From assembly GCA_051599415.1 (NCBI GenBank), contig AP039697.1, forward strand, positions 186,001 through 250,000: a DNA stretch of 64,000 nt, given 5' to 3'. The stretch is from Savitreella phatthalungensis. Its lineage: Eukaryota. This document shows, piece by piece, positions 43,361 through 53,686 of the stretch. Position numbers and translations under genes: made by a program. Each line of letters opens with the position of its first letter. Positions within the stretch are counted from its first letter, which is position 1. The notes under the pieces are model-generated. The model was not told the DNA's origin, ran no database searches, and saw only the letters and a program-made list of their open reading frames with translations.

Positions 43361-45103
43361 ATGTCCGGTGCAGTGGCCAGGCAGACGCTCAAAGGCTGGT
43401 TAGAGCTTCCGAAGCGTCGTGTGTCCAGTAACTTGCGCTTTTTTCGTCTCCGCTACTTTGACGAAAGATCGAATGAGCCACGCTCATGTCAGCTGGTCTC
43501 GCGTCACCCGCCTGACACCAAGATCTCGAAATTGCTGTCGAGCTTGACACCAGAATCATGTGTGGCTGTCGAATGTTCAAAGAGCTTGCGGCCAGACAAA
43601 GATCAACGGGATGGAGAAGGTGATAAGTACGAGTACGAGATTGAGGGGATTAGCGTGCTGAATCGTGCGAATGAACGATTGCCCTTCCTGCCGAACGCTG
43701 AAGGTGAAGTCGATCCACTGGTCCGTGCTCAGCACAGACACATCGACCTGCGATCATCGAAGCTCGGTGGCGCTCTTCGAAGGCGGGCTCAGATCCGACG
43801 TCAGCTACAGAGATCCTTTGAAGACCAGGGTTTCCTCGAAGTCGAGACCCCACTGCTTTTCAAATCGACGCCCGAAGGGGCGAGAGAGTTTCTTGTACCA
43901 ACACGTCGCAAGGGCCGATTCTTCGCGCTGCCTCAGAGTCCGCAGCAATACAAACAGCTGCTCATGGCAGGCGGCGTGCACAGATACTTCCAGCTCGCAC
44001 GCTGCTTTCGAGACGAAGATTCTCGCGCGGACCGTCAGCCAGAGTTCACACAGCTCGACCTCGAGATGGGCTTTGCCGGGGCCGAAGACGTGATGTCGGC
44101 AGTCGCAGAAGCAGTGCTCTCAGTCGATGCACCTTTCAATGCAAAGCAGCCAGCAGACATCAAGCGCATCTCCTATATGGAAGCGATGAAGCGGTATGGC
44201 TCGGACAAGCCGGATCTGCGATTCGACATGGAGATCCAGACAGTCGGAGTCAAGGAAAAGGACTGCTCGACGGTCGAGGTCATTCGTAGCACCTTGATTG
44301 GCTCGGCGAGCAACAAAATGATATCAGAGTTGCGCGACCATGTCAAGGAGTTCGGAGACGGACTATACGTTATTTATGGCAAGACGAAGTCAGAGATCAA
44401 CCTGGAGCGCATGTTCAAGCTTGACGACAAGCTTTCCGCTCATCCTGATGAGATCTTGATTCTCGCAGAACGGCCGAACATGCTATTCGGCGGATCGACG
44501 AAACTCGGGCAGGTGAGGTTGTTGCTGCAATCGTGGCTTGAGCGACATGATCTCACCAATACACCACGACGACGTGAGCCGCTCAATCTCTGTTGGGTGA
44601 CGGACTTCCCTCTGTTCTCCCCAGCAGATGAGCAGACCTACCGCCCGAGTACACACGAATCTACACAGCTTGCATCGACACATCATCCGTTCACAGCACC
44701 TCATCCGGACGATGTGCACCTGCTCGAGACCGACCCGCTCAAGGTGCGCGGCCTGCACTACGACCTTGTGCTGAACGGTGTAGAGATCGGTGGTGGAAGT
44801 GCACGTATTCACGATCCATCGATGCAGACAGCTGTGTTGCGCGACCACTTGCGGCTGTCGGCGGATGAGGTGGCGAGATTCGACCACCTAGTACGGGTGC
44901 TCGGCAGTGGATGCCCGCCGCATGCTGGCTTTGCCCTGGGATTCGATCGCTTCGTCGCGACGATCCTAGGCGCTAGCAGTATCAGGGACGTTCTGGCATT
45001 CCCGAAGACGACAGGTGGTCAGGATGCCCTGGTTGGCTCCCCCTCCCAAGTCAACGCTGCTCGTCTTGCAGATTACCACCTGCAAGAGCTCGACCGCAAG
45101 TAG
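43361..45103 (+). CDS. MSD1: Mitochondrial (bacterial-type) aspartyl-tRNA synthetase
   Basis: EVETPLLFKSTPEGAREFLVP, LPQSPQQYKQLLM, ARCFRDED.RADRQPEFTQLDLEM, YGSDKPDLR, HHPFT, GCPPHAGFALGFDR. N-terminus uncertain: a possible extra exon 43189-43198 joins in frame through an intron at 43199-43280. Confidence 0.95.
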   Translation: MSGAVARQTLKGWLELPKRRVSSNLRFFRLRYFDERSNEPRSCQLVSRHPPDTKISKLLSSLTPESCVAVECSKSLRPDKDQRDGEGDKYEYEIEGISVLNRANERLPFLPNAEGEVDPLVRAQHRHIDLRSSKLGGALRRRAQIRRQLQRSFEDQGFLEVETPLLFKSTPEGAREFLVPTRRKGRFFALPQSPQQYKQLLMAGGVHRYFQLARCFRDEDSRADRQPEFTQLDLEMGFAGAEDVMSAVAEAVLSVDAPFNAKQPADIKRISYMEAMKRYGSDKPDLRFDMEIQTVGVKEKDCSTVEVIRSTLIGSASNKMISELRDHVKEFGDGLYVIYGKTKSEINLERMFKLDDKLSAHPDEILILAERPNMLFGGSTKLGQVRLLLQSWLERHDLTNTPRRREPLNLCWVTDFPLFSPADEQTYRPSTHESTQLASTHHPFTAPHPDDVHLLETDPLKVRGLHYDLVLNGVEIGGGSARIHDPSMQTAVLRDHLRLSADEVARFDHLVRVLGSGCPPHAGFALGFDRFVATILGASSIRDVLAFPKTTGGQDALVGSPSQVNAARLADYHLQELDRK

Positions 45104-45465
45104 ACACGGACCACGACTGACGACATACGATAGCATTCATATACAGTGCACTGGCATTTCTTGGAGGGTCTTTACGCCGGCATCCAACTCTGATGAAGAC
45201 TGCTAGTCGGCAACGGTGACCAATGTTACTGCTCAACGAATTTGCCCGCGTACAATATCCTTTGGTTGTGATAATCACGTGCATAAGCAAAACAACAAAA
45301 AACCGAAAATCAAAACAAAGCGTCAGTGGCATCGATCGCGCGCGCAAGAACATCCATCCTCCTATTGAAAAAGAGCACGAGCATATAGAGCAAGCCTCTA
45401 CATCAGTCATTAGCGGCTGCTCTCTTCTCTATCTTGATTTGGCGTTTGAGCCTGTGTGCTTGCTG

Positions 45466-47184
45466 ATGAATTGGCTGCGTGCGCGACATACCGGCGACAT
45501 GGTGTCTTCTGGAGAAGGTCCTGAGACGCCTGTTCACCGATGGGCGATCGATGCGTTCCGCGGTGTGCTGCTGCCTGGTCCGCGCCACCACCTTGTGCCT
45601 TCGGCGGACACGGCCGATGAGGTGACCCCGGCATCGTCTCCTCGAGCAGCACGCTCTCGCTTCGCCAAGCCACAAAATCACGCAGCATCACCGGCACCGG
45701 TACCAGGCCCATCCATCATGCGCACACCAGGAGGAACAAAGACGGATACAACTCACGGACCAAACACAGCCGATCGGAAAAAGGCAGTCACATTTATCGA
45801 TGAAGATGAGGGGAGCGAGAGGAGGCGGTCGAAAGGTGGGCGTGTACGGTCGGGATTGCCTCGAGAGTTTCCTGGAAAGTTTCCGTCGCCGTGGACGCCG
45901 AAAGTGGTGGATGCTGCTGAGGAATTGGTGGAGGTGCAAGAGTCGTTACCATCCACATCGCTCAAGGACTTCCACCCACGACGGTCCTCTACATCGTCCG
46001 TCAGCAGAGACCTCCTCCTGAGCGCAGCCACACGGCGGACGCAGAATCGACTGTCGTCTGCGGCCGAGAAGTTGGACGTCGAGGCCGCGATGCGACAGAG
46101 ACCTGCTGTCGGGATGAAGACGACGGCAGCTGAGTCTGAGCGTGCGCTAGCGAAGTCGTACGAGCAGCTAGATTGGTCGCTTGCGCAGGCGGGTGATGGC
46201 GGAAAGCTGCCCACGGAAGAGCGGGAGTTGGAGGCGCTTGTAGGTCAGCTGTCGAGGAACAACGCGGTGCTCGAGCAGATGATTGGGGAGATGCAGGCGC
46301 TGTGTGAGGCTGAGCACGGTGAGACCGGTGTGGTGATCGGGGACGATGAGGATGTGACGTTGAATTTAGACGCTCCCCGGAGTAGGTCGGGCAAGTTCTG
46401 GCAGACGCAGTTCAGGACGCTGGACGAGCTCGTCGGCAGATGTCGGTCTGAGCAGGCGCGAATGCGTGCGGCGTTGCACGACGTCGCTGTGCGCGCGCAG
46501 CGCGATGGTGGGGCTGCCTCGTCCGACGCAGTCGCGGCAGAGACGCGCAGGTGGCAGGCAAAGCTGGACAAGCAGGCTGCGCAGCACGAAGCTGCCCTCC
46601 AAGCCCTCAAGCACGCCACCGCAGACGGCAGGGAAGTCAGAGAGCTCAGGCGACAACTTCGCCTCGCGCAAGCACGCGCCGAGCGCGACACCGTCACGCG
46701 CACGCCCAACGCACGTACCCCACACACGAACCGGTTTGGAGGAGGGCGGAGCGCGTTGAAGGGGACTGGTGGGAAAGTGCCGATGTCTGCGACGTCTAAG
46801 CGATTGATGACCTTGCGTGATCGGGAGCTGGGAGTTGGTATGGATGGATTGAGTGGTACGTCTCCAACGAAACGTCCACAACAGCAGGTGCGGCCACCCT
46901 TGGCGGCAGTGTCTCCGAATAAGCGGCCTGCGAGCCCGATCAAGACGGCAGTTCGGAAGAGTACAGGTTTAGGTGCTCGGCCTGTGCTCGACGATCCCCT
47001 TATCAAGTCTCGGAAGGCTGTCTCGGGCGCGAGTGTCAGTGCAACTGCGGGAGGAAGAGGTGGCGACGAGGGGTCAGGGAATGTGGCGAGGATGCAAGCT
47101 GCAATGTCGCGACTGGAACTGCGGAAAGCGGCACGCCGCCAGCAACAGCAACAGCAGCAGTCGGCTGCGATTGATGTATCGTAG
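45466..47184 (+). CDS. cut12: Spindle-pole-body protein with Cut12-type domain and coiled coil
   Basis: PETP..WAIDAF, KKAVTF, RSGLP..FPGKFPSPWTPK, DVTLNL..PRSRSGKFW. Start set at MNWLR. Confidence 0.78.
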   Translation: MNWLRARHTGDMVSSGEGPETPVHRWAIDAFRGVLLPGPRHHLVPSADTADEVTPASSPRAARSRFAKPQNHAASPAPVPGPSIMRTPGGTKTDTTHGPNTADRKKAVTFIDEDEGSERRRSKGGRVRSGLPREFPGKFPSPWTPKVVDAAEELVEVQESLPSTSLKDFHPRRSSTSSVSRDLLLSAATRRTQNRLSSAAEKLDVEAAMRQRPAVGMKTTAAESERALAKSYEQLDWSLAQAGDGGKLPTEERELEALVGQLSRNNAVLEQMIGEMQALCEAEHGETGVVIGDDEDVTLNLDAPRSRSGKFWQTQFRTLDELVGRCRSEQARMRAALHDVAVRAQRDGGAASSDAVAAETRRWQAKLDKQAAQHEAALQALKHATADGREVRELRRQLRLAQARAERDTVTRTPNARTPHTNRFGGGRSALKGTGGKVPMSATSKRLMTLRDRELGVGMDGLSGTSPTKRPQQQVRPPLAAVSPNKRPASPIKTAVRKSTGLGARPVLDDPLIKSRKAVSGASVSATAGGRGGDEGSGNVARMQAAMSRLELRKAARRQQQQQQQSAAIDVS

Positions 47185-47353
47185 ATAAATTCAAGACAAC
47201 ATCATGTCAGTCATTGTTACATGTGCAAGCGAGCGAGACACCCGGGATTCATGCACAGACTGGGGAGAACCTGTATGGTGTTGATGTCTTTGGAAAGGTA
47301 ACGACGACTGTGCAAGACGTGATCGAGTGACGTTGTGCATGTCTGTGAGGGAT

Positions 47354-48787
47354 CTACATGGAAGTTGTTGTGAAGTAGTTGTCGTACCACGCGGCGTACT
47401 CGTTGGCGACGCCTCCAACGATTCCCCAGAGTGAGTGGGAGGCGCCTGCGAGGATGCCTGCATGTTGAACGGTGGCCGCTGCCGCCAGAGCTGCGCGCTT
47501 CTGGACTTCTTCCTGGGAGAGAGTGACGCCTGACGGAAGGGATGAATCGCGCACACCAGCACGGGCTTCGGCAAATCGAGCAAGACGCTCGAATAGCAGG
47601 GATCGGGTACGCGTCGAGTACGCTGCACCACGCATCACCCACCAGCCCATGCCGAACGCACGGCGCATGAGCTCCGAGCGCTCGAGCTTTGTTGGGCGGC
47701 GAAGAGCGGCGGAGACGACTGCGTTGGAGGATGTGGAGGAAGCGCCAGACACAGAGGATCCAGGCGAGGCAAGGTCAAGGACATTGGCGGCTCGAGACGG
47801 CGCAGCAGCAGCGGAGGTCAGGGCGAGGCGATGCAGCTCAAGCGCTGCATATTCGATCGCAATGCCGATCAGCCATGGCCGCCAGGACCGCTTATCTTGT
47901 GTGCGCGATAGCAAGAGTGCGTAGATGAGCGGCCGGAAGACGTATGCCAGCTCTGCCACCCGACGTACGCGTGTCAGTGGCAAGAGGAGGTGCTGTGGCG
48001 GAGTAAGCTCATCGACGCGAAGAGCACGCTTCGCCAGGAAGTCTGTGACTTGTTGCGTGTTCTTGAATTGTGTCAGACGCTTTGCTGCGGCAGTTTTGTC
48101 CTCGACTGAGTCATGAGAATCGTTCCCGTTGGTTTGCACAGCGACTGAAGACCTTCTGCGCTCGTGCTTACTAGTGGTTCCGTTCGCGATGGCAAGCGTG
48201 CCGTTGCCGTTGGCACCGAGGCTGCCATTGCGCTCTACTGACTCCTCTGCGTCGTCGCTAAATTGCACATTTTCCTCCTCGAGCTTCTTCTCCAGCGCAG
48301 CAGGTTCCAGAATCCTCTCTGGAATGTGAGGATATACCAATGGTCTCCAGCCGGTAATGCGGAGTAGGTAGACACGAGCGAAGGCCTTGATGGCTTCGAT
48401 CAGGATCACCAGCCTCCAACGTCCCTTCTCTCCGTACGCCTTGCGTGCTAGGATCTCAAGCAGGAAGGAAAGGGATTGGAGAGTTGTGATGAAGGTGGCC
48501 AAGTTGCGGTAGACGATCGAGTGAGTGCACCAGAACTTCGTGTAACGGCCGTGAGGTGATTGCGGTGGTCGATTATGTTGTAATTTTGCGACAGCGCGCG
48601 CAATGACGTTGTCATGGTATAGACCCACTAGACCACATGTCGCGTAGATGGCTTCTGAGGTGAGTTGGTGGTCACTTGTCCGTGATGGAAGGACGTAGGT
48701 CAGCATTCGAATCGCGGATTCGACGCTGGCTATGGATGAAGCACTTCGAAGGACAAAGTTGTCATACCGACGGACTAGTGACGACAT
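47354..48787 (-). CDS. PEX16: Peroxisomal membrane biogenesis factor Pex16
   Basis: ESAIRMLTYVLP, GLYHD, SPHGRYTKFW, RWRLVILIEAIKA, RPLIY, SWRPWLIG, WWVMRGAAY, terminal YFTTTSM. Confidence 0.9.
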   Translation of the reverse strand: MSSLVRRYDNFVLRSASSIASVESAIRMLTYVLPSRTSDHQLTSEAIYATCGLVGLYHDNVIARAVAKLQHNRPPQSPHGRYTKFWCTHSIVYRNLATFITTLQSLSFLLEILARKAYGEKGRWRLVILIEAIKAFARVYLLRITGWRPLVYPHIPERILEPAALEKKLEEENVQFSDDAEESVERNGSLGANGNGTLAIANGTTSKHERRRSSVAVQTNGNDSHDSVEDKTAAAKRLTQFKNTQQVTDFLAKRALRVDELTPPQHLLLPLTRVRRVAELAYVFRPLIYALLLSRTQDKRSWRPWLIGIAIEYAALELHRLALTSAAAAPSRAANVLDLASPGSSVSGASSTSSNAVVSAALRRPTKLERSELMRRAFGMGWWVMRGAAYSTRTRSLLFERLARFAEARAGVRDSSLPSGVTLSQEEVQKRAALAAAATVQHAGILAGASHSLWGIVGGVANEYAAWYDNYFTTTSM

Positions 48788-49392
48788 AACTGAGCGCTCG
48801 ACGACCAGTCTTATCGAACCTCTACTGCTCTACAATTCTCCGTTTAGTTTAATCACTGATGAGTGAGTGAGGAGCTTGGTCGTGTCGTGTTTTGTGAACC
48901 CTTGTGTGCGTAGATGTGTTCTATTGACTGTAAGGAGAAGCAAGCGCACAGGCTATACTGATGAACTGACCACTTTTGAAGTTGGAAGTGTGGAGAAATA
49001 GTTTCAAATAATAAATCTGTGCGAGGTCAGATTGCACAAACGCGGCTGATCCCGAGCATTGGAAACACGCTGGGAAGCTCACCTGTGCACCGGCGCTCCG
49101 GTCAGGCAATGTCACCTCGTGTCCTGTCATGCCATGCCAGTGGTCTTCCATATTCTGTGCTGTTCTCATCGAGCACAGAGACTTCAGTATGCAGACAATT
49201 GACAAAAACATATCATCGATTGCAGTCAGATCACGATCATTGAGGGTCATTATATCGTCCGACGACGTACTACTGATAGGAGAACCCGCATGTTTCTTCT
49301 GGTGCGGGGAAAGTTCTCTGCTAATTGGTGTCACACGGTGAAAAAGGAAGAGGTTGGTTGAGGATGATTCGAGAGTATCCAGCCGGTTTTTG

Positions 49393-50173
49393 TCAACAAC
49401 ATCGACCTACACCTGTCTTGCCTCCTCCGCCCTCGAATGACGGAATGATACCAGATTTTGCCTGCCTGATCTTGATTCCATTCGACTTGTCGTTCAGGTC
49501 AAAAACGCCTCCAACGATCTTGGCGTGTACTTGGCGAGCCACACCTTCGAATGCTTCCTCGACTTGGTCTCCTGTTTTTGCGCTTGCTTCCATGTATGCA
49601 ACATCATTGTCACGTGCCCATGCTGCGGCTTCGTCTGTGGAGACTTGACGCTCGCCTGCTGCCGCCAGGTCGAGCTTGTTGCCGACGAGCATGACGGCGA
49701 TGTTCGGATCTGCATGTTGCCGAAGATCATTTAGCCATGTAAGAGCATGCTCAAACGTCTGTCTGCGCGAGATGTCAAACACTAGCAGCGCTCCCGTTGC
49801 GCCTCGGTAGTAAGATCTCGTGACTGATCGGAACGATTCCTGTCCTGCAGTGTCCCAGATCTGTAGCTTCATCTTTGTGCCATCTACATCGACGATGCGC
49901 GCACCGAATTCGACGCCAATTGTTACTAGACGGGTTTGTCAGCGTGTGTCTCTGGGACAGACTAGAGGACGGTGTGAGTCATACCGTCGTGTGAATTCAA
50001 ATAGCGATCATCCGTAAGTCTTAGCATCAAGTTGGACTTGCCAACGCCACTATCGCCGATGATGACGAATCTAAAGAGTCGTTAGTCACGGCTCTGTCTT
50101 GAAATCGAGAATCGAGGCGGTCGGGGACATACTTGACAATGAATTGATATGGTGCTGCTGCTGCGTCTGCCAT
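49393..50173 (-). CDS. RAB2: Rab2-like small GTPase; exons 50173-50133, 50070-49985, 49925-49393 (219 aa)
   Basis: GDSGVGKS, HDVTIGVEFGAR, WDTAGQESFRSVTRSYYRGA, GNKLD, EASAK, C-terminal CC. Introns of 62 and 59 nt with GTATG donors and CTAAC/CTGAC branch sites. Confidence 0.88.
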
Positions 50174-51009
50174 GATATGCGAATATCGCGTAGACGCGCC
50201 TTCGTCAAGACAGCGGATCTGTGGTATGCGATGGGCTGGTGATCGGGTTTGTTTATAGCTTGTCGCGGGAGAGCAGGATCAGCGCTCCTGTTGAAGTTGT
50301 TGTAAGGATCGGAGGATAATTCGCTCACTACAAGATCACAGGAGATCCTGCGACTCTGGTGAAGCGCTTTTGTGGAAGGAATGAATGGGTCGAGCAGTCT
50401 ATGGCGGTCGTGCGGTAGCTAGGTGCTGTAGATGAAGGGGACTGTGTATATAAGAACGTGTGTTATCTCTGCTTGTGATCAAATTGAGTGAATGACTGAG
50501 ATGAAAGAATGAATGAATGACTAGCTGCAGTTCAATATTAATATGTGATCGAACTTCCAGCTGCATGTGTCACTTGAATTGTGGATGGGATGTTGGATCC
50601 AGAGCCTGCGTAGGTATATTGATTGATATCAACACATATATATCATCACACTCAACATTCATATATTCACATGTTCGGTCTGCTTGACGTGATCAACTAT
50701 ATAGACAGGTCGAGGTACATGATCTCGTCGGATGATGTAGTCTACCTGCACTGTCAATGCTTTCATGTTGATTGAGCGTACTCGCTGGACATGATCATAC
50801 GCACGTACATCATGCCGGCATGGTACTGACATGTGTTCCAACTAAATTCACCTCCAGCCACTATTATCACTCCATCTACACCTGCCTCTTGACCATGAAG
50901 GCAGTCAACCGGTCGTTGTGTACACATCCTAATATCTCCTTCATCCTCGATCAAATTTCTCACTTAGATATCATTAGACAATGGGCTAAGCGAAGTCTGC
51001 ATCAACGGC

Positions 51010-51824
51010 CTAAGCAAAGTCTGCATCCTGAGCGAGCCGTTGCTTCAGCTTGCCCAGGGAGATCTTCTCTGCTGAATCGGTTCTTTGACCAAACAAGCCG
51101 CTTGCATACTGTACCAGACAGGCAGCCAGGAGATGTTTGCACACGGGCACTTCAGCTGTCTCAAATTGTGTCCCATCTGATTTGCCGCCCCAGAAGTCGT
51201 TCTCCTGCTCGTCCACGTCCTGCTCGACTGATGAAGCTAGCTTCAGTGTCTTTGAAAGACTCCTGTCGTTCAGCTGGGGACAGTAGAGTGCTGCTGCGAA
51301 ATGGATGCATGAACAGTGCCATACATTCAGCCTTACCTCGTATTTTTCAACGATCGTGCCATCAGCCACAGTATCTCTCTTTCGTGATCCTGTCGGTAGT
51401 GCTGATGCAGGTGCGAACATGCCAGCGACGGCTGACTGAGTAGCACTTGGGGCTTTGCGTGAATGTGCAAGGTAGACCGGACTCTTTGGTATGCTGCCAG
51501 TATGAGTCAATGATGTCGGAGGCTGCAGGAGTGTCAGACCTGCATGATCCAGAACGTCGAGCGCCAGCAGGAATGTCTGTCCCAGAAGATCGTACAGCTC
51601 GATACAGATCGGTCGAGCTGCAGAAGGCATCTGATGTTTGCCGGCAGCATCAGTCGCTGGTTCCAGCTTGCCTAATTCGAGGATCAATTGCGAGACTTTG
51701 TGCATCGCAGCCAAGAGATCAGCAGCTGATGGAAGCGAGCGTATTGCTAGAGGTCTCTCACATAGCTATACTCATTGGTCAGTCGCTTGTTGAGTTGAAG
51801 ACAGGTATGCACCGCTTGCATCAT
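51010..51824 (-). CDS. sws1: SWIM zinc-finger protein, Sws1/Shu-complex-like; exons 51824-51813 and 51765-51010
   Basis: LL.ALDVLD, YEVRL..WHCSC..F, PVCKHLLA (CxC..CxH). First exon inferred from a 47-nt phase-0 intron GTGCAT..CTGAC..TAG; the alternative start is ATG 51705. Confidence 0.78.
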
Positions 51825-52484
51825 TGCTTGTAAGAAATTGCTCGTCAGGTCTAGTCTCGTCGGCTCCTTGCTTTTGGCAGGCTGCTCGCGAGGCAGACGT
51901 ATCTCAGGGGATTGACAGATATTTTCTTGTGTATAATCACTTTGCAAGCGGAAGCATCTTTATTGAAGACTTACCTGTCTAGCATCGTAGCTGTCGACTC
52001 TTCAATGATCGCTGAAGAGTCGAGCTGGAGCGTACCTGAGCCAGTATAGCTGCTTGGCCGGAGTGCTGATATGTGTGTAGCAACAGGGTTGACATTTCCA
52101 TCGATTAAACGTGCATTTCGATATGTGAAGAAGTGACTTTCAACTTCGATGCAGACGTACGTGCAACCACCCAATGCACCGAGTGTGAACATGAATTCCA
52201 CATGACGTGCAGCCGTAGCTGACTTAAGAGATACAAAGATTATCTCAAACTGTGATGACACAAGTTATCTACATCTGACAGGTCGAAGCTGACGACCTAC
52301 TCACGTATCTCAGAGCTTAGCTTGGCGCTTCCGCCGGTCTCGACACCAACATCCGTTACAGTTTGATTTTCCTCGGAGGAAGGCCGGCTGACGCGGGAAA
52401 AAAGATCTGGTGTCCACGTCTGAGAGTTAGACAGAGGTGACTTTTGCGCCTGTTTCCGGCCTGGACTCCTACCTAGACAATCGG

Positions 52485-52833
52485 ATGGCACCGCCGACAA
52501 AGGTATTCCCAGGCAGTTCGAAACCTTACTACCTCGATTCCCGCCACCAGGTCTATCCTGAGAGTGAGATTCGGCAGATCACGCAGTACGAGTGCGATTT
52601 GAGCGATCGACGGGTCGTCACCTGCGTCCCACTTGAACGATTCTTCAGGGTGTAAAGCTTCGTATCACTCATTCTATTTGGATCGCGGTTGCTGACTAAC
52701 TACTAGTGCTATTGGCGGCGGAATAGTTGAGATTTCACGAGCTGAGGCTCTTGGCAGTGGGAAGTTGAAGAAAGCTGCGTCTTCGACAGTGCCAGCACGG
52801 GATCAGACAATCACACAGGTAGACAACCGGTGA
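52485..52833 (+). CDS. SOM1: Mitochondrial inner-membrane peptidase subunit Som1; exons 52485-52651 and 52707-52833 (97 aa)
   Basis: MAPPT.VF...ITQYEC...CVPLERFFR..VEIS follows the Som1 pattern (MAPP, QxEC, CxPxxRxF, VExT). Intron has a strong CTAAC..TAG 3' end. Donor is either GTAAAG at 52652 or GTGTAA at 52650 (the latter stops at 52730). Confidence 0.78.
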
Positions 52834-52868
52834 CACGAATTCACGCACTCTGACGGGATGTCCTTCAG

Positions 52869-53342
52869 ATGAGCATTCCTAGCCTCATTGTTCCGCTCGA
52901 CCGGCTTCGGCTCGGGCTTGGCAAGGTGCGATTTCTCGGTCGGCTGCTTGTCTACGACGTCGAGACTGGTTGCTGCATGCTGGAGCACGGTGGGGCGAGG
53001 GTGATCGTAGATGTGAATTCACTCTTGACACGCACGCTCTCCATCACTTCGAAAGCCGATGGTTCCGAGAAACGCGCTGATCCTGGCGCTCAACTCAGAC
53101 TCGAGGTTGGCGCCATGTACAATGTGATTGGCTGGGTGCGTTCGCCTTCGTCCCCTCCGTCCTCACAAGCTGCTGCCGCGGCACCGATGCACGTAGATCA
53201 CGGTTCAGGAGCTCTCGACGTCCAGGTCGATGCCCTCCTCATATGGTCAGCAGGGATGATGACGGATGACGACATTGCTGCTTATGACAGGGCTGTACGC
53301 GGACGTGTCAGACTGCGGCGACTTGACGCTGCTTCCAAATGA
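52869..53342 (+). CDS. TEN1: Telomere-capping CST subunit Ten1 (OB fold)
   Basis: KVRFLG...YD...G, VDVNSLL, VGAMYNVIGWV and VDALLIWSAG match fungal Ten1 motifs. Confidence 0.82.
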   Translation: MSIPSLIVPLDRLRLGLGKVRFLGRLLVYDVETGCCMLEHGGARVIVDVNSLLTRTLSITSKADGSEKRADPGAQLRLEVGAMYNVIGWVRSPSSPPSSQAAAAAPMHVDHGSGALDVQVDALLIWSAGMMTDDDIAAYDRAVRGRVRLRRLDAASK

Positions 53343-53686
53343 GCCCCGCGCATCATGAGCTCAGCGTCCACACACAATGCCCAAGCAACTTTATGTACAC
53401 TACGATAGGATCGGTGGCCAAGGAAAAGCGGCTGATCCTTGGGACCGCTGCCGCGAGCACTGACACTTCTCTATTTTGATCAGAAATACAAATCCATGAT
53501 CGGACAAAAAGCATATTTGGCTCGCCGACCACAGATCAAATTGACGTCGTGAGTCCGGTACATGGTGTGCACTCCACTGTGCGCATCGCAGAGACACTGG
53601 TCAACAGGTGCTACACAGACTTTCATTGGCGCGATCATCCCTGGCTGCTTGTGTTCGTGAAGATCTATCACTGCTGACGTCCGTCG

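Noticed and set aside
49180..49255. Box C/D-like words (ATAATGA, CTGA, GATGA, CTGA) on the minus strand
   Set aside because: Imperfect C box, no terminal stem, and no rRNA-complementary guide I can recognise.
51904..52305. Minus-strand splice-like signals (GTGAGT 52305, GTAAGT 51974) and a 96-aa GTG-started ORF
   Set aside because: I could not assemble a convincing ATG-initiated coding model. It may be non-coding leader of the SWIM gene, but that is unsupported.
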